A program made the translations under genes and the position numbers. This document shows positions 23,636-27,874 of a stretch of DNA of 27,874 nt, piece by piece. Origin of the DNA: a virus (lineage: Duplodnaviria; Caudoviricetes). Location of the stretch: IMG/VR virus record IMGVR_UViG_3300021964_000397, positions 1-27,874 of that record; one strand, 5' to 3'. Within the stretch, counting starts at the first letter, position 1. Every line of letters starts with the position of its first letter. The notes under the pieces were generated by a model. The model saw only the letters and a list, made by a program, of their open reading frames with translations, was not told the DNA's origin and did no database searches.

Positions 23636-25750
23636 CTAATATCCAAATACCGGATCAATCATCATAGGCTGATGATTGCGTTCATTCATTCTTCGCTGTT
23701 GAGCGAATTCCAAAGCCGACATTGGGCGACTTCTGAGCCCATAATGCAAGGCATCATAGGCATGATCTTCTGAGTTCTTCTTACTAACAACTTCGGGGTC
23801 ATTTTCATCAGGTTCTAACAAAGGCATCGTTCTAACAAGGTTTAAGCAGTTATTAAAGATATAGAGCCCCGGCTCTGTAACCAATTCTCCCTGATCGTCC
23901 TTTGCCCCTGTCGGGCGCATTGCAAGACGTTTGTGGAGTTCCTGCTTCCCTGCCTCACGAGACCCCGGGGAACGGTCAGCGAACCTGTTGCCAATATGAC
24001 CCATCTCTGCTAGTTCCCTTTCAATCATTTCATAGATACTTGGACCTGATTCACCACGACGGATGTTTGTGGAGCCATCAATAACAGCATCAATAATGTT
24101 TGAGTCCTCTCTTTCAAGAAAACAAATCCGACGGGCAAAGTCATCTGCTAAAATCCCCTGCCCGTAATACTCTCTGTAGACATATGCAGTGTCATTCTTG
24201 TCGAACGCAATCCAGAGAGTACAGAACGGAGAGGAATAACCCCAGTCCGTACATCTAATCTTGGGCCAATTCACCGGAATCTCAAAAGGTTCAATTACAT
24301 GTACCTCTCTGTCAAACTCTGGGAAGGCAGCATTCTCAATAACATCCCAGTTACCATAAAGCCACTGAAGCTTCTTGTGCTCTGGGAGGGAGGACAGCGT
24401 TGCCAGATAGGATTCATCCTGTAGCAACTGTGGTGTATCGAATACAGAAGATTGGATGAACTGCCGTGTAAGAACAACCTCTCTCTTCCGTCCATCCCGA
24501 GGGTCTACAAAGCTACTACGGACGTTAAACACTGTCCCAGCGGGAGCAGGGTCAATAAACATTCGCTTCACCCAAGGAGAACCTACATTACCGGGATTCC
24601 CTGTCATTCGCATCATTGGGAGACCAACAGAAAGAAGAGAAGAGTCAGTAGTTCGGCACGATCCTCTCAACAACGAATAAACCTCTGGGTCCTTAAACTG
24701 AGGTAACTCGTCAATTCCGATCCAAGCATATTCTTGTCCTTGATATTGTTCAATATCTGAATCATTTTCTGCATAACCAAACTCCAACGTAGCGCCAGAC
24801 GGGAACACAAACATACTCTCTTGTTTTAAAAAGCGCGTACCGGGAAAGGCTTTAGGATAGAGTACCTTGGCCCGAGAAATGATTTCTCGTAAGTCCTTCA
24901 ACCTCTTTCTTATAAGAAGTCCTCGAAAGGCTCCCGAGCCACAATAACGTAATGGGTCGGCAACCAGAGCTTCTGATTTAGAGCCCCCTCTTGCTCCACC
25001 GAAGAAGAGTTCATTTACGTCTGATTCAAGAAATTCAGTTTGAGGTCCCGGATTTGGTCGCCAAATGATGTCTGTCGGGTCTTGTACAGTTTCTTCCGAT
25101 GTATCCCCGTCATCTGAGGCTTCACTTTCCTCCGGTAGTCCCTCAATCGGGGCTTCTTGATCGTCCCCTTGAGTCTTCTTTTTTAGCTTGTCAACCTTAT
25201 TTTGTAATATTCGTTGACGAGCTTTTGACTTTTCTACTTCATACTCTGCTAAGACAAGTTGTTTGTCTTCTTTCGTCTCTGCTTCTTCAACCTTCTGTGC
25301 AATGGTCTTAAATTTTTTGGTCTTCTCTTGTTTCGGAACAGGGTCAGATTCTTTAACGATTAAGCTGGGCTTTTTCTTCGACTTTTTGGAAGGAATATCT
25401 TTAAGTTCATAACACTCTTGAAACAGGTAGTCTGTAATAAGGAGTTTCCTCAACGTGTAAGGAGAGATAGGTACTCCTGTCATTGCCTCCAACCATCGAC
25501 TGACCTCTGCATAAGAGCTCTTAAAAAGGTACTCCTGAGCCTTGAACAACAAAATGAGATGCTCTGGAATAGGGTCTAGAGTAAGAGGGTCTTCCTTATT
25601 AGGCTTGTAACCCCAAGCAATTTTAGTTTTCTCTGAAAGTCTCCGTTTAGGATGAAACTTGACAACAGACCTTCCTGATTCTATTCGTTTCAGGAGTTTC
25701 TCTGTCATCGCCAGAGTTGGGGGATTATTTCTTTTCCGGGTTGGCTTCAT
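23636..25750 (-). CDS. terL: Terminase large subunit with an N-terminal extension of about 225 aa
   Basis: Walker A GGARGGSKS, Walker B WIGIDE, coupling motif TGNPG, RNase-H nuclease motifs DWGY and DHAYDAL.YG. Confidence 0.93.
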   Translation of the reverse strand: MKPTRKRNNPPTLAMTEKLLKRIESGRSVVKFHPKRRLSEKTKIAWGYKPNKEDPLTLDPIPEHLILLFKAQEYLFKSSYAEVSRWLEAMTGVPISPYTLRKLLITDYLFQECYELKDIPSKKSKKKPSLIVKESDPVPKQEKTKKFKTIAQKVEEAETKEDKQLVLAEYEVEKSKARQRILQNKVDKLKKKTQGDDQEAPIEGLPEESEASDDGDTSEETVQDPTDIIWRPNPGPQTEFLESDVNELFFGGARGGSKSEALVADPLRYCGSGAFRGLLIRKRLKDLREIISRAKVLYPKAFPGTRFLKQESMFVFPSGATLEFGYAENDSDIEQYQGQEYAWIGIDELPQFKDPEVYSLLRGSCRTTDSSLLSVGLPMMRMTGNPGNVGSPWVKRMFIDPAPAGTVFNVRSSFVDPRDGRKREVVLTRQFIQSSVFDTPQLLQDESYLATLSSLPEHKKLQWLYGNWDVIENAAFPEFDREVHVIEPFEIPVNWPKIRCTDWGYSSPFCTLWIAFDKNDTAYVYREYYGQGILADDFARRICFLEREDSNIIDAVIDGSTNIRRGESGPSIYEMIERELAEMGHIGNRFADRSPGSREAGKQELHKRLAMRPTGAKDDQGELVTEPGLYIFNNCLNLVRTMPLLEPDENDPEVVSKKNSEDHAYDALHYGLRSRPMSALEFAQQRRMNERNHQPMMIDPVFGY

Positions 25751-26228
25751 TTATTTCTTCAAAGTCAAGATCAACAGCTTCCTGTTGTTTTTTAGGAGGG
25801 AGAACAAAGACAGAACTATGTTCTACCTTTACATCAATCCTCTCCTCTTTAATGACGCCAGCGCGATCAAACAACAACTGAATGGCATGTAACCTGTCCC
25901 TTCCTCCTGCTACATTCTCAGGATCACGGATGTAATCCACAAGAATACTAGCAGCTTCAGGGGCAGACTCAGCAAGGATATCCTTCGTGCGATCAATGAT
26001 ATGATCTCTAATCGAAGGGAAAGTTTGCGCCCAAGATACGGAGGGAGCATACCCCGCTGCCTTCAGCGAGGCCCCCTTTTTAAACTGAGTAGGGGAATCA
26101 GGGTCCATATACGCACTGATAAGAGCTTGTTGTTTAGCTGTCAAATGAGATGTTTCATCATTTTGAGAGGCTGCTACAAGGTCTCTTATTTCCTCGTCAT
26201 GTACTTCTATGCTTTTTCCTTTAGCCAT
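25725..26228 (-). CDS. terS: Terminase small subunit
   Basis: LT.KQ...I.AY...KAAGY HTH signature and L.DRAG motif. Immediately upstream of terL with a GAGGGAG SD. Confidence 0.78.
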   Translation of the reverse strand: MAKGKSIEVHDEEIRDLVAASQNDETSHLTAKQQALISAYMDPDSPTQFKKGASLKAAGYAPSVSWAQTFPSIRDHIIDRTKDILAESAPEAASILVDYIRDPENVAGGRDRLHAIQLLFDRAGVIKEERIDVKVEHSSVFVLPPKKQQEAVDLDFEEINEANPEKK

Positions 26229-26244
26229 ATGGCTCCCTCATAAA

Positions 26245-26330
26245 TGGAACTCCCCGGTGGAATTGAACCACGAACCATCCATCCTCCTTTTAAGGGACCG
26301 GTTTAGAAGACCGGGAGAGGGGCGGGGAGT
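26245..26330 (-). tRNA. Non-canonical tRNA-Arg(UCU)-like gene (no D-arm, 8/4 acceptor/T stems, encoded CCA)
   Basis: ACTCCCCG-CCCCTCTC-CCGGT[CTTCTAA]ACCGG-26 nt-GTGG[TTCAATT]CCAC-CGGGGAGT-T-CCA. Confidence 0.75.
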
Positions 26331-26337
26331 TAAATTC

Positions 26338-26628
26338 CTAATCCCTCATATCTTCCTTCGCTCTAGCCATTCCATAATTACAGGATTGGTGACTGAACGA
26401 GATATTCTCTAAATCAAAAAACATCCCTAGAGGGTCGTCGCTGTCCAGCCAAGGCGTCTTGTGTTCAATACTGAACGATTCTCGTGTCATTTCATGATGA
26501 CAATGGTAGCAATGGTTTTGTTCTGTTTTAACTACAAAGTCCCATATCAGGTCCTTGCAAAGTCGGTTACTGGCGGTACTAGGATGCATACCTAGCTGGT
26601 TCTTCTTCTTGCGTGTTGCGTTGTTCAT
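26338..26628 (-). CDS. HNH-type endonuclease-like protein
   Basis: CYHC...SIEH..PW......N..FSH..CN motif and an AAGGAG SD. Lies between two tRNA-like elements. Confidence 0.8.
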   Translation of the reverse strand: MNNATRKKKNQLGMHPSTASNRLCKDLIWDFVVKTEQNHCYHCHHEMTRESFSIEHKTPWLDSDDPLGMFFDLENISFSHQSCNYGMARAKEDMRD

Positions 26629-26629
26629 C

Positions 26630-26719
26630 TTATCTCCTTCTAGGATGATGCAATGTAATTACTAAGTTTCTTTTAAGTTTAGGGAGAAACTTAAAAACAA
26701 CCCCGTATGAGAATGGCAT
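26630..26719 (-). CDS. 29-aa mini-ORF MPFSYGVVFKFLPKLKRNLVITLHHPRRR (possible leader peptide)
   Basis: Not in the ORF track. GGAGG lies 5 nt before the ATG. Ends AGA-AGG-AGA-TAA, 1 nt before the HNH start. Confidence 0.45.
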   Translation of the reverse strand: MPFSYGVVFKFLPKLKRNLVITLHHPRRR

Positions 26720-26742
26720 ATAATCCTCCATTCTCTTAGTAT

Positions 26743-26787
26743 TGGAGCGGGTAAAGAGACTTAAACTCTTACCTTATCCATCACCGC
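26743..26787 (-). pseudogene. Degenerate tRNA 3' half / minihelix with a tRNA-Gly-like acceptor
   Basis: AAGAG[TTTAAGT]CTCTT T-arm then TACCCGC-T-CCA. No D or anticodon arm; GCGG upstream can pair with CCGC. Confidence 0.6.
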
Positions 26788-26900
26788 TTACTTTTTGCCA
26801 TGCACTTCTTAGCTTTTTTGCACTTCGCAGGAGTCGTACATCCACGACAAGTCTTAAAAGCTTTGGACTTAGTTGCAGTTTTTTTCTTAGCGTAAGGCAT
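26781..26900 (-). CDS. 39-aa basic Cys4 protein (CxxC-x5-C-x5-C)
   Basis: Not in the ORF track. MPYAKKKTATKSKAFKTCRGCTTPAKCKKAKKCMAKSKR, with ATG 2 nt after the upstream stop. Confidence 0.75.
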   Translation of the reverse strand: MPYAKKKTATKSKAFKTCRGCTTPAKCKKAKKCMAKSKR

Positions 26901-26902
26901 AG

Positions 26903-27151
26903 TTATTTCCTTTTCTTACCACTTGCTGTTGTAGACCACTTAACCTTTTTAGGGCCGGTCTTTTTCTTTGCTTCCGTTTTAGTAATCTTAGAAGCAACCT
27001 TTTTAGGTCGGCAAGCGGGGTAAGATCGTTTTGATTTACCCTTTGCAGACTTACGTCCGCACGCTTTACCTGTTTTAACGTCGATCCACTCTTCGTCAAA
27101 CCATTTACCAAGACCGCCTTTGGCGTTACTTTTTTTTCTTTTTTGCGCCAC
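26903..27151 (-). CDS. Small basic phage protein
   Basis: GGL.KWF.E.W.DVKTGK.CGR...YPACRP motif recognised from aquatic phages. GTG start. Confidence 0.75.
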   Translation of the reverse strand: MAQKRKKSNAKGGLGKWFDEEWIDVKTGKACGRKSAKGKSKRSYPACRPKKVASKITKTEAKKKTGPKKVKWSTTASGKKRK

Positions 27152-27317
27152 TTTTTGCTACCTTGTTGTTACCGCCAGTCCAACCGCCGCCTTTTGACTT
27201 GTACCACTTAGCTGCCCATGCGTTTGCGTAAGCTGAAGGATACACATCGAACTTCTTCTTAGCCGCCGATTTCGCTCGGGACCACAGAGCCGGATTTGTT
27301 GGTTTTGCGTTTGCCAT
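27126..27317 (-). CDS. Small basic phage protein
   Basis: P.NP.LW...K..AK.KF.VYPSAYAN.W....YK..GG.W motif. Start 27317 inferred from the TAATG overlap. Confidence 0.78.
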   Translation of the reverse strand: MANAKPTNPALWSRAKSAAKKKFDVYPSAYANAWAAKWYKSKGGGWTGGNNKVAKSGAKKKKK

Positions 27318-27601
27318 TACCATTTAACCTTATTAGCCCAATAGGCGGCTGACATTTTGCCTTTGGCGATATTCTTGCCGTGGCGTGCCTTAAAGCTCGC
27401 ACGCTTGCGCTTCATCGCTTGGCCTTCGCCTGCCTTTGGCTTGCCTGCGGTCTTGGCCCCTTGCTCGCCAAACCGGATTAGCTTTACATTATCGCCTTCT
27501 TTGGCGAGCACCACATGGCTTTTTGTCTTATGATTGGGCGTGCGCTTGGGTTTGTTGTAGCCCTTTAGGCCATGCTTCGTTAATCTGCTGTCTTTTGCCA
27601 T
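27317..27601 (-). CDS. Small basic phage protein
   Basis: NKPKRTP.H..KSH.VLAK.G...KLIRFG.QG...SFKARH...SAAYWA.K.KW motif recognised from aquatic phages. Confidence 0.8.
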   Translation of the reverse strand: MAKDSRLTKHGLKGYNKPKRTPNHKTKSHVVLAKEGDNVKLIRFGEQGAKTAGKPKAGEGQAMKRKRASFKARHGKNIAKGKMSAAYWANKVKW

Positions 27602-27609
27602 GCAATTAA

Positions 27610-27777
27610 CTAGTATTTCTTGGTAAGAGCTTCTGAAGTTTCACTACAATATTCTGGATTCCGCCAGTGGTTGTACCCTTTAACAGTACGCCGATCTGTG
27701 CCATCCCATGACATTTCTCTTTCTTTCTTCATAGCTTCTTTAAGGTTATCTACTTCACCATATTCTGATTTTTTCAT
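27610..27777 (-). CDS. 55-aa hypothetical protein, first gene after the promoter
   Basis: Not in the ORF track. MKKSEYGEVDNLKEAMKKEREMSWDGTDRRTVKGYNHWRNPEYCSETSEALTKKY, with an AGGAG SD. Confidence 0.65.
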   Translation of the reverse strand: MKKSEYGEVDNLKEAMKKEREMSWDGTDRRTVKGYNHWRNPEYCSETSEALTKKY

Positions 27778-27800
27778 GAGGGACTCCTGTATAAAAGAAC

Positions 27801-27830
27801 AGTTATATGCCTTTTTTAGTAAAAGTCAAG
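27801..27830 (-). promoter_or_regulatory. Sigma70-type promoter at the head of the packaging operon
   Basis: Minus strand CTTGACT-tttactaaaaaaggca-TATAACT, same geometry as the other two. Confidence 0.75.
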
Positions 27831-27874
27831 ACTTTTTTACGAATTAATGCAATTTTATGCTAGATTTACTGTAA

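Noticed and set aside
23636-25075. Intein or intron in terL to explain its length
   Set aside because: ATPase and nuclease motifs are normally spaced and no intein splice motifs are seen; the extra length is all N-terminal.
26301-26310. Reading the tRNA-like anticodon as CUA (amber suppressor or recoding)
   Set aside because: The 5-bp stem fixes a 7-nt loop centred on UCU, and TAG serves as a normal stop for terL, portal, decoration, HNH and the 510-aa gene.
26717-26724. Plus-strand TATAAT as an antisense promoter
   Set aside because: No -35 box, and the bases are explained as the SD-to-ATG spacer of the minus-strand mini-ORF.
12-27847. Remaining short plus-strand and nested minus-strand ORFs in the track
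   Set aside because: They overlap well-supported genes and lack SDs or recognisable motifs, so they are treated as shadow ORFs.

Overview
This window is the morphogenesis arm of a tailed dsDNA phage of podovirus type, encoded almost entirely on the minus strand. Read from right to left it holds: a cluster of small Lys-rich proteins, a degenerate tRNA 3' half, a mini-ORF, an HNH gene, a non-canonical D-armless tRNA-Arg(UCU)-like gene, terS, terL (with an extra N-terminal domain), portal, scaffold, major capsid, decoration protein, adaptor and nozzle, a repeat-built tail fibre, and a long ejection/internal-virion module containing a GNAT acetyltransferase. That module ends in a 992-aa polyvalent protein (lysozyme, hydrophobic hairpin, ART-like and ParB-like domains). 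After it come a holin, a probable lipoprotein, a secreted protein, a histone-H1-like protein and a small tail protein. From memory, the gene order and motifs resemble marine HMO-2011/pelagiphage-like podoviruses; I could not verify this by search. Three identically spaced CTTGAC-N17-TATAACT promoters divide the region. TAG, TAA and TGA are all used as stops, so the genetic code looks standard. The most unusual items are (1) mirror-image co-duplicated repeat blocks in the 934-aa ejection protein, (2) the non-canonical tRNA-like RNA with an upstream mini-ORF ending AGA-AGG-AGA, and (3) the polyvalent lysozyme/ART/ParB-like virion protein. All functional calls come from motif recognition by eye.
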